From positions 19,279,648 to 19,343,647 of the forward strand of contig NC_092673.1 of NCBI RefSeq assembly GCF_964355755.1: DNA of 64,000 nt, read 5' to 3'. The DNA comes from Antedon mediterranea (lineage: Eukaryota; Animalia; Echinodermata). A model generated the notes under the pieces. That model searched no databases. It was given only the letters and a program-made list of their open reading frames with translations, and was not told the DNA's origin. The position numbers and the translations under genes are program-made. This document shows, one piece after another, positions 27,132 through 42,100 of this stretch; positions within the stretch are counted from its first letter, which is position 1; every line of letters starts with the position of its first letter.

Positions 27132-30100
27132 CTATATGGTTGAAGAAAAGCAAGTTTTCAATATTATGAAATATATATATTTAGCATAATTATCATAATT
27201 GTTTACAATCATAATCAATGTTTGAATATGATTATGAATATGAATTATTAAAACACCATAATAATTTTCTAGTAATAAAATAAATTGATAACAAAAATGA
27301 TGATGCTACATAAGAAAATATGTAATGTCCAAAAGATGTACAGACAAGGTAGTTTAATTTGAAAATGTGATCATAAACATTGTTGACCATAGGTGATTAC
27401 ATGAGACCTATGGTAGAAAATTATTGTGATCAAATTTTCAAATAAACTGTGGAAAATCAACTATCTTCTGTACTTTTTTAAAATAATGTAGAAAAATTAG
27501 CTTTAGAAAAAAGTACTACAGTAAATAAATACTCACTCCCATTATTTTATGTGTAATAATTAGTATTATTCTTTTTATTATATAATAATATAATCCCAGA
27601 AATTCATCATTTAAACATCACTATAATATATGATTATATTGTTTAAAGGTTTGCATAGAGTGCAAATAAACACTAGTAAAGTCAGGTTAGGGGTATATAC
27701 CATGTGTTTCTATAAAGGAAGTAAAGTTGTAAGGTTTGCATAGAGTGCAAATAAACACTAGTAAAGTCAGGGTAGGGGTATATACCATGTGTTTCTATAA
27801 AGGAAGTAAAGTTGTAAGGTTTGCATAGAGTGCAAATAAACACTAGTAAAGTCAGGGTAGGGGTATATACCATGTGTTTCTATAAAGGAAGTAAAGTTGT
27901 AAGGTTTTCATAGAGTGCAAATAAACACTAGTAAAGTCAGGGTAGGGGTATATATCATGTGTTTCTATAAAGGAAGTAAAGTTGTAAGGTTTTCATAGAG
28001 TGCAAATAAACACTATTAAAGTCAGGGTAGGGGTATATACCATGTGTTTCTATTAAGGAAGTAAAGTTGTAAGGTTTGCATAGAGTGCAAATAAACACTA
28101 GTAAAGTCAGGGTAGGGGTATATACCATGTGTTTCTATAAAGGAAGTAAAGTTGTAAGGTTTGCATAGAGTGCAAATAAACACTAGTAAAGTCAGGGTAG
28201 GGGTATATACCATGTGTTTCTATAAAAGAAGGAAAGTTGTAAGGTTTGCATAGAGTGCAAATAAACACTAGTAAAGTCAGGGTAGGGGTATATACCATGT
28301 GTTTCTATAAAGGAAGTAAAGTTGTAAGGTTTTCATAGAGTGCAAATAAACACTAGTAAAGTCAGGTTAGGAGTATATACCATGTGTTTCTATAAAGGAA
28401 GTAAAGTTGTAAGGTTTTCATAGAGTGCAAATAAACACTAGTAAAGTCAGGGTAGGGGTATATACCATGTGTTTCTATTAAGGAAGTAAAGTTGTAAGGT
28501 TTGCATAGAGTGCAAATAAACACTAGTAAAGTCAGGATAGGGGTATATACCATGTGTTTCTATAAAGGAAGTAAAGTTGTAAGGTTTGCATAGAGTGCAA
28601 ATAAACACTAGTAAAGTCAGGTTAGGAGTATATACCATGTGTTTCTATTAAGGAAGTAAAGTTGTAAGGTTTGCATAGAGTGCAAATAAACACTAGTAAA
28701 GTCAGAGTAGGGGTATATACCATGTGTTTCTATAAAGGAAGTAAAGTTGTAAGGTTTGCATAGAGTGCAAATAAACACTAGTAAAGTCAGGTTAGGGGTA
28801 TATACCATGTGTTTCTATTAAGGAAGTAAAGTTGTAAGGTTTGCATAGAGTGCAAATAAACACTAGTAAAGTCAGGGTAGGGGTATATACCATGTGTTTC
28901 TATAAAGGAAGTAAAGTTGTAAGGTTTTCATAGAGTGCAAATAAACACTAGTAAAGTCAGGTTAGGAGTATATACCATGTGTTTCTATAAAGGAAGTAAA
29001 GTTGTAAGGTTTTCATAGAGTGCAAAAAAACACTAGTAAAGTCAGGGTAGGGGTATATACCATGTGTTTCTATTAAGGAAGTAAAGTTGTAAGGTTTGCA
29101 TAGAGTGCAAATAAACACTAGTAAAGTCAGGATAGGGGTATATACCATGTGTTTCTATAAAGGAAGTAAAGTTGTAAGGTTTGCATAGAGTGCAAATAAA
29201 CACTAGTAAAGTCAGGTTAGGAGTATATACCATGTGTTTCTATTAAGGAAGTAAAGTTGTAAGGTTTGCATAGAGTGCAAATAAACACTAGTAAAGTCAG
29301 AGTAGGGGTATATACCATGTGTTTCTATAAAGGAAGTAAAGTTGTAAGGTTTGCATAGAGTGCAAATAAACACTAGTAAAGTCAGGTTAGGGGTATATAC
29401 CATGTGTTTCTATTAAGGAAGTAAAGTTGTAAGGTTTGCATAGAGTGCAAATAAACACTAGTAAAGTCAGGGTAGGGGTATATACCATGTGTTTCTATAA
29501 AGGAAGTAAAGTTGTAAGGTTTACATAGAGTGCAAATAAACACTAGTAAAGTCAGGGTAGGGGTATATACCATGTGTTTCTATTAAGGAAGTAAAGTTGT
29601 AAGGTTTGCATAGAGTGCAAATAAACACTAGTAAAGTCAGGGTAGGGGTATATACCATGTGTTTCTATTAAGGAAGTAAAGTTGTAAGGTTTTCATAGAG
29701 TGCAAATAAACACTAGTAAAGTCAGGGTAGGGGTATATACCATGTGTTTCTATAAAGGAAGTAAAGTTGTAAGGTTTGCATAGAGTGCAAATAAACACTA
29801 GTAAAGTCAGGTTAGGGGTATATACCATGTGTTTCTATTAAGGAAGTAAAGTTGTAAGGTTTGCATAGAGTGCAAATAAACACTAGTAAAGTCAGGGTAG
29901 GGGTATATACCATGTGTTTCTATTAAGGAAGTAAAGTTGTAAGGTTTGCATAGAGTGCAAATAAACACTAGTAAAGTCAGGGTAGGGGTATATACCATGT
30001 GTTTCTATAAAGGAAGTAAAGTTGTAAGGTTTACATAGAGTGCAAATAAACACTAGTAAAGTCAGGGTAGGGGTATATACCATGTGTTTCTATTAAGGAA

Positions 30101-33100
30101 GTAAAGTTGTAAGGTTTGCATAGAGTGCAAATAAACACTAGTAAAGTCAGGATAGGGGTATATACCATGTGTTTCTATTAAGGAAGTAAAGTTGTAAGGT
30201 TTGCATAGAGTGCAAATAAACACTAGTAAAGTCAGGGTAGGGGTATATACCATGTGTTTCTATAAAGGAAGTAAAGTTGTAAGGTTTGCATAGAGTGCAA
30301 ATAAACACTAGTAAAGTCAGGGTAGGGGTATATACCATGTGTTTCTATAAAGGAAGTAAAGTTGTAAGGTTTGCATAGAGTGCAAATAAACACTAGTAAA
30401 GTCAGGGTAGGGGTATATATCATGTGTTTCTATAAAGGAAATAAAGTTGTAAGGTTTGCATAGAGTGCAAATAAACACTAGTAAAGTCAGGGTAGGGGTA
30501 TATACCATGTGTTTCTATAAAGGAAGTAAAGTTGTAAGGTTTGCATAGAGTGCAAATAAACACTAGTAAAGTCAGGGTAGGGGTATATACCATGTGTTTC
30601 TATAAAGGAAGTAAAGTTGTAAGGTTTGCATAGAGTGCAAATAAACACTAGTAAAGTCAGGGTAGGGGTATATACCATGTGTTTCCATAAAGGAAGTAAA
30701 GTTGTAAGGTTTGCATAGAGTGCAAATAAACACTAGTAAAGTCAGGGTAGGGGTATATACCATGTGTTTCTATAAAGGAAGTAAAGTTGTAAGGTTTGCA
30801 TAGAGTGCAAATAAACACTAGTAAAGTCAGGGTAGGGGTATATACCATGTGTTTCTATAAAGGAAGTAAAGTTGTAAGGTTTGCATAGAGTGCAAATAAA
30901 CACTAGTAAAGTCAGGGTAGGGGTATATACCATGTGTTTCCATAAAGGAAGTAAAGTTGTAAGGTTTGCATAGAGTGCAAATAAACACTAGTAAATTCAG
31001 GGTAGGGGTATATACCATGTGTTTCTATAAAGGAAGTAAAGTTGTAAGGTTTTCATAGAGTGCAAATAAACACTAGTAAAGTCAGGGTAGGGGTATATAC
31101 CATGTGTTTCTATAAAGGAAGTAAAGTTGTAAGGTTTGCATAGAGTGCAAATCAACACTAGTAAAGTCAGGGTAGGGGTATATACCATGTGTTTCTATTA
31201 AGGAAGTAAAGTTGTAAGGTTTGCATAGAGTGCAAATAAACACTAGTAAAGTCAGGGTAGGGGTATATACCATGTGTTTCTATAAAGGAAGTAAAGTTGT
31301 AAGGTTTTCATAGAGTGCAAATAAACACTAGTAAAGTCAGGGTAGGGGTATATACCATGTGTTTCTATAAAAGAAGTAAAGTTGTAAGGTTTGCATAGAG
31401 TGCAAATAAACACTAGTAAAGTCAGGGTAGGGGTATATACCATGTGTTTCTATAAAGGAAGTAAAGTTGTAAGGTTTGCATAGAGTGCAAATAAACACTA
31501 GTAAAGTCAGGGTAGGGGTATATACCATGTGTTTCTATTAAGGAAGTAAAGTTGTAAGGTTTGCATAGAGTGCAAATAAACACTAGTAAAGTCAGGGTAG
31601 GGGTATATACCATGTGTTTCTATAAAGGAAGTAAAGTTGTAAGGTTTACATAGAGTGCAAATAAACACTAGTAAAGTCAGGGTAGGGGTATATACCATGT
31701 GTTTCTATAAAGGAAGTAAAGTTGTAAGGTTTGCATAGAGTGCAAATAAACACTAGTAAAGTCAGGTTAGGAGTATATACCATGTGTTTCTATAAAGGAA
31801 GTAAAGTTGTAAGGTTTGCATAGAGTGCAAATAAACACTAGTAAAGTCAGGTTAGGAGTATATACCATGTGTTTCTATAAAGGAAGTAAAGTTGTAAGGT
31901 TTGCATAGAGTGCAAATAAACACTAGTAAAGTCAGGGTAGGGGTATATACCATGTGTTTCTATTAAGGAAGTAAAGTTGTAAGGTTTTCATAGAGTGCAA
32001 ATAAACACTAGTAAAGTCAGGGTAGGGGTATATACCATGTGTTTCTATAAAGGAAGTAAAGTTGTAAGGTTTGCATAGAGTGCAAATAAACACTAGTAAA
32101 GTCAGGGTAGGGGTATATACCATGTGTTTCTATAAAGGAAGTAAAGTTGTAAGGTTTGCATAGAGTGCAAATAAACACTAGTAAAGTCAGGGTAGGGGTA
32201 TATACCATGTGTTTCTATAAAGGAAGTAAAGTTGTAAGGTTTGCATAGAGTGCAAATAAACACTAGTAAAGTCAGGGTAGGGGTATATACCATGTGTTTC
32301 TATATAGGAAGTAAAGTTGTAAGGTGTGCAGAGTGCAAATAAACACTAGTAAAGTCAGGTTACCAGTACACCATGTGTTTCTAAAAAGGAAGTAAAGTTG
32401 TAAGGTTTTCATAGAGTGCAAATAAACACTAGTAAAGTCAGGTTACCAGTACACCATGTGTTTCTATAAACGTCGTGAGGTGGTTTCCCGATTAATAGTA
32501 CGATCAAAACGGTACTGGGTATGATCAACTAGCGTTCGTGTTCCCAACTAATCATCCATTCATAGAAGTACTGATGAAGATATCAATCTGTGGCGACAAT
32601 AGAATGGACCCGAGACCTGTCGTAAGGTAGTTTCCCGATTAATCGTACGATCAAACGGTACTGTCGTGAGGTGGTTTCCCGATTAATCGTACGATCAAAA
32701 CGGTACTGGGTATGATCAACTAGCGTTTGTGTTCCCACCTAATCATCCATTCATAGAAGTACTGATGAAGATATCAATCTGTGGCGACAATAGAATGGAC
32801 CCGAGACCTGGCTATCTTCGACTTTTAAATAATAGAAAGTTTAGAAAAATGTTTTTGTTAAACTAGAAATGTACGTTGTATGTATATAGAAAAATGGTTT
32901 TAGTTTTCAAAATTACATTGTATAAGTTGCGATGTGAAAAACTGTTATTTGATCGTTAGTTGTCGTGTACATAAAGCAAAAATATAAATATAATAAAATA
33001 AAATAAAAATCGTTAGTAAAACTTTTAAAAAGAGTAAAGATATAAGGAAGAAAAGCAAAGAGATCATGGAGCGGCTGTACCAGAATATACAACACTAAGT

Positions 33101-36100
33101 ATTGTAAAGTTAAAAATTTAGGCGATTCTTGTCAAAGGTCAAGCGCCTTCAGCCTGCCACGTTTCGATATTCAATATTGAACTTGACCTGACGTGGTTCC
33201 ACAATATCTTTATATGAAAATGGTAGAATTGATAGGAAATAATAATTAATTCAAAATTTACCTAAAAATGGTTTTGAACTGAATCGATGGATGTCTTGTC
33301 GTTGTATGGTTTTGGTTTGGTTTAAAAGTATGTTCGATAAAGTGCGTGAGCGTATTAGAATGAAATGCTAGCGTATACAATGTGCGCGATGTCAAGTTGT
33401 GTACTGTGTGATACATGTAAGATTATAAGTGTATCGTACATTGTAGTAGAGCGAAAATAACATAGGTATAAAGGTAGGATATAAATAAGTAGTATAGGAT
33501 GTATAGAAAAAGGAATGGGTTGTTAGTTACAGGAAAGATTTTGAATGTCGTGAGGTGGTTTCCCGATTAATCGTACGATCAAAACGGTACTGGGTATGAT
33601 CAGGGTAGGGGTATATACCATGTGTTTTCATAAAGGAAGTAAAGTTGTAAGGTTGAGAGACTTTCTCATATCATAATCTTTATCTACTAGTAACTTACCT
33701 TCTCTTGGTTGAGATTGGTGACTGGATGATGTGCTTTCATTTTGGTCCTTATCACTACTGCCTAAAAATGATTAAAATGAGATGTACATTTACTAATTAG
33801 AAAAATGTTTATAGTACACAATGCCATTGTACAGTCTGTGGTGGAATATTGACAGTTACACTGCATACATTGTTTAACTATAGTCTCACATGGAATATTG
33901 ACAGTTCCACTGCATACATTGTTTAACTATAGTCTCACATGGATGCAATACAAAGATATAGGTTGCAATACACAGCTAATATGAGATCTATCCAATCCGT
34001 CACTTGTCATTGGTCAAATTACTTATGTTGTGTCTACGTTCTTGCATTGTAGTGATAATCCAAACCTTATCCACATATTATAGTCTTTTCATAGAAAAAA
34101 CTATTGTAATACTGTACTTAAAACTATTAATACACAAACAAGTTTGTGACAGATAAAATTATGTATTACTTATTCAAATATAATAATATGTTTTATAAAT
34201 ATCTGGCCTATTTAAACATTGAACCTCCAACATTAACATTTTTTTTAAACTTTAACTATCTTGACATTATTAAATAAATTATAGATTGCTAGTACAACTG
34301 GTAGGAGGGATGAAGATATCACAGCTAATAGCATCATGTTGTAACAATGTATAGATTATCAATAATGATTCTGATAGTACTACTACTGGTAAGAGGAATG
34401 AAGATATCACAGCTAATAACAGCATGTTGTAACAATGTATAGATTATCCATAATGATTCTGATAGTACTACTACTGGTAAGAGGAATGAAGATATCACAG
34501 CTAATAGCAGCATGTTGTAACAATGTATAGATTATCAATAATGATTCCGATAGTACTACTACTGGTAAGAGGAATGAAGATATCACAGCTAATAGCAGCA
34601 TGTTGTAACAATGTATAGATTATCAATAATGATTCTGATAGTACTACTACTGGTAAGAGGAATGAAGATATCACAGCTAATAGCATCATGTTGTAACAAT
34701 GTATAGATTATCAATAATGATTCTGATAGTACTACTACTGGTAAGAGGAATGAAGATATCACAGCTAATAGCAGCATGTTGTAACAATGTATAGATTATC
34801 AATAATGATTCTGAGAGTACTACTACTGGTAAGAGAATGAAGATATCACAGCTAATAGCAGCATGTTGTAACAATGTATAGATTATCAATAATGATTATG
34901 TTGTACTACTACTGATAAGAGGAATGAAGATATCACAGCTAATAGTAGCATGTTGTAACAATGTATAGATTATCAATAATGATTCTGATAGTACTACTAC
35001 TGGTAAGAGGAATGAAGATATCACAGCTAATAGCAGCATGTTGTAACAATGTATAGATTATCAATAATGATTCTGATAGTACTATTACTGGTAAAGAGGA
35101 ATGAAGATATCACAGCTAATAGCAGCATGTTGTAACAATGTATAGATTATCAATAATGATTCTGATAGTACTACTACTGGTAAGAGGAATGAAGATACCA
35201 CAGCTAATAGCAGCATGTTGTAACAATGTATAGATTATCAATAATGATTCTGTTAGTACTACTACTGGTAAGAGAACTGAAGGTATCACAGCTAATAGAA
35301 GCAGCATGTTGTAACAATGTATAGATTATGAATAATGATTCTGATAGTACTACTACTGGTAAGAGGAATGAAGATATCACAGCTAATAGCTGCATGTTGT
35401 AACAATGTATAGATTATCAATAATGATTCTGATAGTACTACTACTGGTAAGAGGAATGAAGATATCACAGCTAATAGCAGCATGTTGTAACAATGTATAG
35501 ATTATCAATAATGATTCTGATAGTACTACTACTGGTAAGAGGAATGAAGATATCACAGCTAATAGCTGCATGTTGTAACAATGTATAGATTATCAATAAT
35601 GATTCATTCTGATAGTACTACTACTGGTAAGAGGAATGAAGATATCACAGCTAATAGCAGCATGTTGTAACAATGTATAGATTATCAATAATGATTCTGA
35701 TAGTACTACTTCTGGTAAGAGGAATGAAGATATAACAGCTAATAGCAGCATGTTGTAACAATGTATAGATTATCAATAATCATTCTGATAGTACTACTAC
35801 TGGTAAGAGGAATGAAGATATCACAGCTAATAGCAGCATGTTGTAACAATGTATAGATTATCAATAATCATTCTGATAGTACTACTACTGGTAAGAGGAA
35901 TGAAGATATAACAGCTAATAGCAGCATGTTGTAACAATGTATAGATTATCAGTAATGATTCTGCTAGTAATTACATTACATAATAATCATTTGTTTTTGG
36001 GTCAAATAAATAAATGAAAATAAACTTGTATATATATTACTCTTACCTCCAAATAAACACTTGTAACGTAAAACATCCATCGTAACAGACTTGCCAGTTT

Positions 36101-39100
36101 TGGTGCATGTCAACTTCTCGTCATGGAAATTTTCAAGATTTTGAATGTGCTTCTTTTCTGATGTATCACTACATACACCACACAGTATGCATCTCTCAAA
36201 ATGAATCCCTCTTCTACCACCATCTTTAGTAGGTTCAAATGACTTTTGAATTGTTAACAAAACCTAAAGGTACAAATTGAATGGCAAACTGCAATTAACA
36301 CTATATGACAATAAAAACAAACAATATAGCAAACGTTGTGTTCACTAAACATTTACAATACAATAAAACCAATAACACAATAACCAAAAAATAGAAGGGG
36401 GAGGGGAAGGGGGATTTGGGGTTGTTCCCAGAAGAAAAGGGTATAGTACTTCTGAGACTGAGTATTTGAACCATAGGCCCCTACCCCCCACTTCCACTTA
36501 ATGGTCGGAGATGTGGCAAGGGAATTTTGTTTAAGGACACCCCTAGATGGGCGGAAAAATTCATGATATGGCAACTTTAGTTTGCCAGAAATGACACTCC
36601 ACTGAGCGCACTAGCAAACAGCAAAACCCATCTCATTCTTCCCACACGGGGCGGTAGACACATGCAACTAACAATATATAAAATTGTTTGCGTTCAATAA
36701 GAACGTCAGGGCAAGTCCCCGCTAAAGGCACTTCCGATACGATCATTATAAACGCTAATAAGGTCCCCAAAAAATTGTTTGTTTGTTTGTTTTCCCTGGA
36801 AAATTGTTAGAGGGGTGGGTAGAAAAAATGTGTTTTTGTTTGTTTTTGTTACATATCTTTCGCTATCTTATAATAGTTTCACATGCAAGTTATTCTCTCG
36901 TATACACATGCGTAACAGAGCGTAAGCAACGTAATTGAATTTAAGAGATCGTCTCAATTATTAGACATATTCCCCACAATGTGGTACCCTCCCCCCCCCA
37001 CCCCACCCCTACGATATATGAAATGATAACAAACCTCTTTACATGCGTCAGAAGAGGGTTCATCATTACTTGTTCTATTACAAGCAGGAGTTCTTTTAAT
37101 AGTCACCTAAAAAAGAAGAAAAGTGATGTTTTGATATTTGAATTGAGTTTATGCTTAGAATAAATTATGACTTATTTCACAACAAATTATATGATACAGC
37201 ACCTTTAACAAGAACTTTCTTTCATCCTCCGTAGTCACAAATTTGACAAGAGATAAGGTCACATGATGATCTTGGTCAAAGTAAAGTTCAGCATGGTTAT
37301 ACAAGAGTATTGGGTCAACTCCTTTCTTTTGAAATTTGTTGAGGAAATCAATAATCATATATGGAAACAATACATCTGGCAGATATCCCTTAAAGTCGTA
37401 ATAGACACTGATAGATTGTGAATCATCAGGCACTGGTTTCACTTCACTTGATGTCTTAAAAGCAAGGCGTAGTGGCACAAAGAATGATCGCTTTCCAACA
37501 GATTCCTGAAATTGTTGATTTGTAAAATGGCATTCAGATTTCTTTTAGAAAATTAAATATCATATCCTGTACATGTTAAAAACATCTTTCAGTAGATAGT
37601 TTAATCAAAATATGTCCGAACCCTACAATAATTTTAAAATTTAAAGTAAAATTTCACCAATTATGTATCATACCAAATTTTTTTTCTATTTCATAATCTT
37701 GCATACAAAACATGTTAGAAAAGATAACTGAACAAAACCTACTGTAGATGTACTTGCCACATCTTGGCTGCTGGTTGTCTTCCTCTCACAAATAAAACCT
37801 AATTGAATCATCAGTTCTACAAGAAACTCAAAATTCTTTCCGTCGTCAACTTTACGCTTTTTCCATAATCTTCGCAACAACTTTTCTTCCAGTATGCCCT
37901 TGTCAAGCTTATCAAACGCATCGATATACGTGGCCGGCTAAAAAACACCACCAATTAGCCATACTTAGTATTTTGTGTTTATTTAAAGTTATCAAACAAT
38001 TAGAGTCTAAAGGGATGCACATGTATAAAGACTTGTAGATGCAATTACATCTAATATACAATATACCCCTCAATGTTAAATTAAGGAAACTGTCAGACAT
38101 TGCTTTTGATACTACAGCACCTATAGGAATTCAAATGTACCTCAATTATTTCCTAAAAAAACACTGCATTAACATTTTCATGAGACTACTTACTGGAAAT
38201 TCTGGTGGAATGACAGTTACAAAAGCAGTAACAATTTCAACCAGCTGCATCGGATCTAACACCGCTTTATCTTTCAATAATTTGTTGTCAGGCCTGTAAA
38301 CAATTTCACCAAGATCGTACAAAAAGTTTAGAAGAAAGGATTGTTTTTTTTCATCTGCAATACCATTCTTACTTGCCAGCATTTTGAGCTAAAGAAAAAA
38401 TTGTTTACTATTCAGATACAACTAAAATATCAAAAATATGAAACCAAAGGTAGGTATACATTTACAACATTAGTTTTGTCCTTTACAGCCTGAAATGTTT
38501 TGAAATTTACTTGATAACATGTACTGCATAACTTTGGATCTGAAGGAAAACGTCTCTCTCAGGATGGGGGAAACGTAACTGCAATTTTTCTCACAGAATG
38601 TAATTGTCAGTGTTGCAATGCAAATATTCCATAAAAAATACTAGGCCGATGTAATTGCTCTGATTTTTTTCAGATAGGAAACCATAACAGCATGGATAGG
38701 ATTATATATTTTTATATTATATTACATTAACATTATTTTACCATTCAGATTTAGAGCAGTGAAGATGAAAATATGACAAAAATATTATCAATATTATTAT
38801 ATAGTACTGTAGTTATATATAATAGTGGGTAGAGTCTTTTGTTTATACTTTTTTAAATACTACTATTTCCAACATATTTCTATTCTGAAAACAAAACACT
38901 GAGGAATGATGCCAATTAAATTTACCTCTTCAACTGGACACAAAGAAAAATGTTTTTTTCTCCTTAGATCATGTAGATCACATCGAAAACGCATCCACTT
39001 TAAAGGAACTTCTTTCTCTAAAGCAGTCATAAGGTCATCAATAACTTTTTTAAGATCACTAAAGCTCTTATCTGTTGTTTCTTGGCTGTTTTCAACGGCA

Positions 39101-42100
39101 AAATATACGTTGTACACATGTTTTATAAACTCTTTCTGTTTAAGTGCATCTCGAATCATTTTAAAGGCCTTCTTTGTCTGGTTGTAAACAATTTAAATAA
39201 ATGAAAACATGGGGTTAAACTGTAATTTCTTTTAAATAATATCTAAATACTTCAAGTCCTATTAGAGTACTGTAAAGAATACATTCATATAACAACTTTT
39301 GATATGAATGTATTCGATACAGTACTCTAGTAGCTAGTTTCTTTACATTAGCTTTTAGAACAGAAATGTATACTTGATTGATTGCTAATTTTAATAATGC
39401 AAGTATTAACCTCATCATTTTGTTGTTTTTCAGTCTCACCAAGCTTACCCTTATGTGTACCTACAATAAGGATAGTTGGTTGGTGAACTTCATTCTCCTC
39501 ATCTTCTTTCACAATACGACTATGAGAATAAACTGACAGGATGTAAGATAATATGAACTGGAGATTGGTCCAATGATGTTTACACTTTTGCTGTAAAAAA
39601 GAAAGACTAGTTTAAAAAACATTTTATCTTTGTTCTAGTAAAATGAAATTAAGAAGTAAATGATTTCTAACCACAATTAAAATGGTTAGGTTTCAAATAT
39701 GTAAATGTATGCAGCTCATTTGGAAGGTATGAAATAAAACTCTTTGTAATGCATAAAATATATAGCAAAATACTTACTCCATTGGAATCAATATAAACAG
39801 CAGGATCATTGAGGTCTACACTTAGGTCGAACACTACAATATAAAGTGCTTGTAATGTCATGAACATCTGCAAAAACACAATTTGTTTTTATTCAAATAT
39901 TTGATTAATATGCTTTAAGCAAAGATTGTATAGCACCGCTACGCGGCGCAAGATAGGTGACTGCACGACTATCATTTTATTCTGTAGGTTGTCTTTTGAT
40001 AAACTGTGTTTATACATTTACTATTGATACTCTTTTTAATGAAGCATTTTTCTAGTACAAATTCATATAAAACTGTTAAAATCAGTTATGATTGAAAACA
40101 GTTACTGAAAATACTTTTTTTATTGATGTAGGCAAAATTAGTAATAACACTTTATATAAAGCAGTACCATGGAAAGATGTTTGCGATTACTGAATGAACA
40201 AAATAAACCTTGGTCATACCATTATGTTAGTATATACAGAGACATTTCATTTTAACTGTGTATAGTATTTAAACAATGTCAATATAATATTAACTTCAAG
40301 GGAAATACATATATTATAACTTACCCGATGTATACCATGGTATATTAATTGACCTCCATTATCCCAGATGTTAAATGTTTCTTCCAAGGGGTCCTCCTTT
40401 TTTTCCTCAACTTTCTTGATTACATCTTTATCTAACTGCTGCTCTGTATCAAATGTAACAGCTTTAGTAGCTGTATAAGAACCTGTAGTGGAAACAAGTG
40501 TTTTGGTCACTCTCACCACATGTAAACAAACATCACTTCTAAATTATTGTAAAAGTCATTAACATATTGTTATAGTTGTTCTGATTATCATCACTGTTTT
40601 AATTGTCATTATCATTATTGCAGTCTTCATTATCATTATCATTGTTACACTGAGTCACCATCATTGTTATCATCATTATAGTTTTAGTTGACACTGTCAG
40701 AGTAGAGGTAGAAAAGTATGACTGTCACCATAATTGTTACACAGGTTAAAGGTTGCCTTACCTCCACCTCTGATCACATACATTTAATAATTTTATAGGA
40801 AAATTAAAAGTTACTTTAAATTGGAAAATCTAATTAATAATCTAATTAATTCAAATAACTACAGCACAAACTTAATATCACAGAAATTGCAAATTAGCTA
40901 CAAAATGTAATGTATATGTATTATGTAATATGTAATAATAATAATTAGAATTTAATGGAAAGTTACATACTATCATTTTTGTAATCATTGTTGTCGTTAT
41001 TTTTGTAATCATCATTGTTGTCATCCTTATTGTAGTCAACAACAATACCATCATCATCCTCGACATCATCTGTAGGTGGTTTCATGTCAATCTGATAAAT
41101 AACACAAAAAATGGATATAAAAAAGAAATAAATGTTTATTCAAAGTTAAATACAGTTTTGTTTACAATTTAATATAAGAGAAAACTAATATTATTTACTC
41201 TCAAAAACAAAACCAATTTGTTAGAGTAAATTTTTAAAGGATTGGAGCAAAAAAAAAAATGAAATAGCTGCTCATAATGCATCATGATTCATTTAGAAAG
41301 AAAGCCTAAGTGACTGGTTTGCAATAGTCCTGTAGGTGCTACTTTATTCATTTTATGTTTTCATTACACAATTATTTACATACGTTTATAGTTTTCTTTT
41401 CTCTCAGTTTGTCAGTGACGAATTTTGTATACTGTTTTAAAGGATTACCTGTAGAGAAAAAAGACATTTGCACATATTATTACAGCAGATACATTGATAG
41501 GTGACAATACTTTAACTGATTGATTAATTAATGTAAAATTACAGTACATCAACAAACAATAGGTTGCGTGTTAAAGGATCATGGAGTAACAATTGGTGTA
41601 TGTATGTGAAAATATGACTGTTGACATCATACTACAGTTGTATGCATTTATTGAATTCCATTCTACATCTCAGTTTCATTGTGGGCCTGTTTGTGTCTAT
41701 GATAATGAGATCAAAGATAAATATTGTTACATTGACTATGATGATGGGAAGAGTAATATGCTAATTTGTATTCATGTTTACCACTATCAGCTTTAGCCTC
41801 TTTCCATGTTGTGCTTACAGTCCTTATCACTGCTATGCCATCTGTAACTTTATGTTCTTCCTCAAATCTGAGATACATATAATAATAATATAATAATTTG
41901 AAACCAACAATGAATGTCATTCATTTTTAGTGCTGTAAAATTCAATTTTCTCTTTTTAATTATAGATACCAGTAGTTACTATTTCAATAGTCTTTATTTA
42001 TAAAATACACATTTTAAATCAGTTATTTAGTCAACAATTAAAATGATCTTTCATTTAAAATTACAAAACAATGTTAAAATTTAATTCTATTATCTATTAT

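Noticed and set aside
27682-32293. Dozens of 63-aa ORFs (MVYTPTLTLLVFICTLCKPY...)
   Set aside because: They are by-products of the 85-bp satellite; the unit is not a multiple of 3 and there are no exon signals or domain similarity.
32472-32500. Resemblance of gaggtggtttccc to U1 snRNA
   Set aside because: Only ~12 nt match; there is no 5' ATACTTACC, Sm site or remaining U1 stems.
34413-35571. 62-67-aa hydrophobic ORFs resembling membrane peptides (also 553-935 and 60940-61996)
   Set aside because: They are frame-shifting translations of the 88-, 89- and 71-bp tandem repeats.
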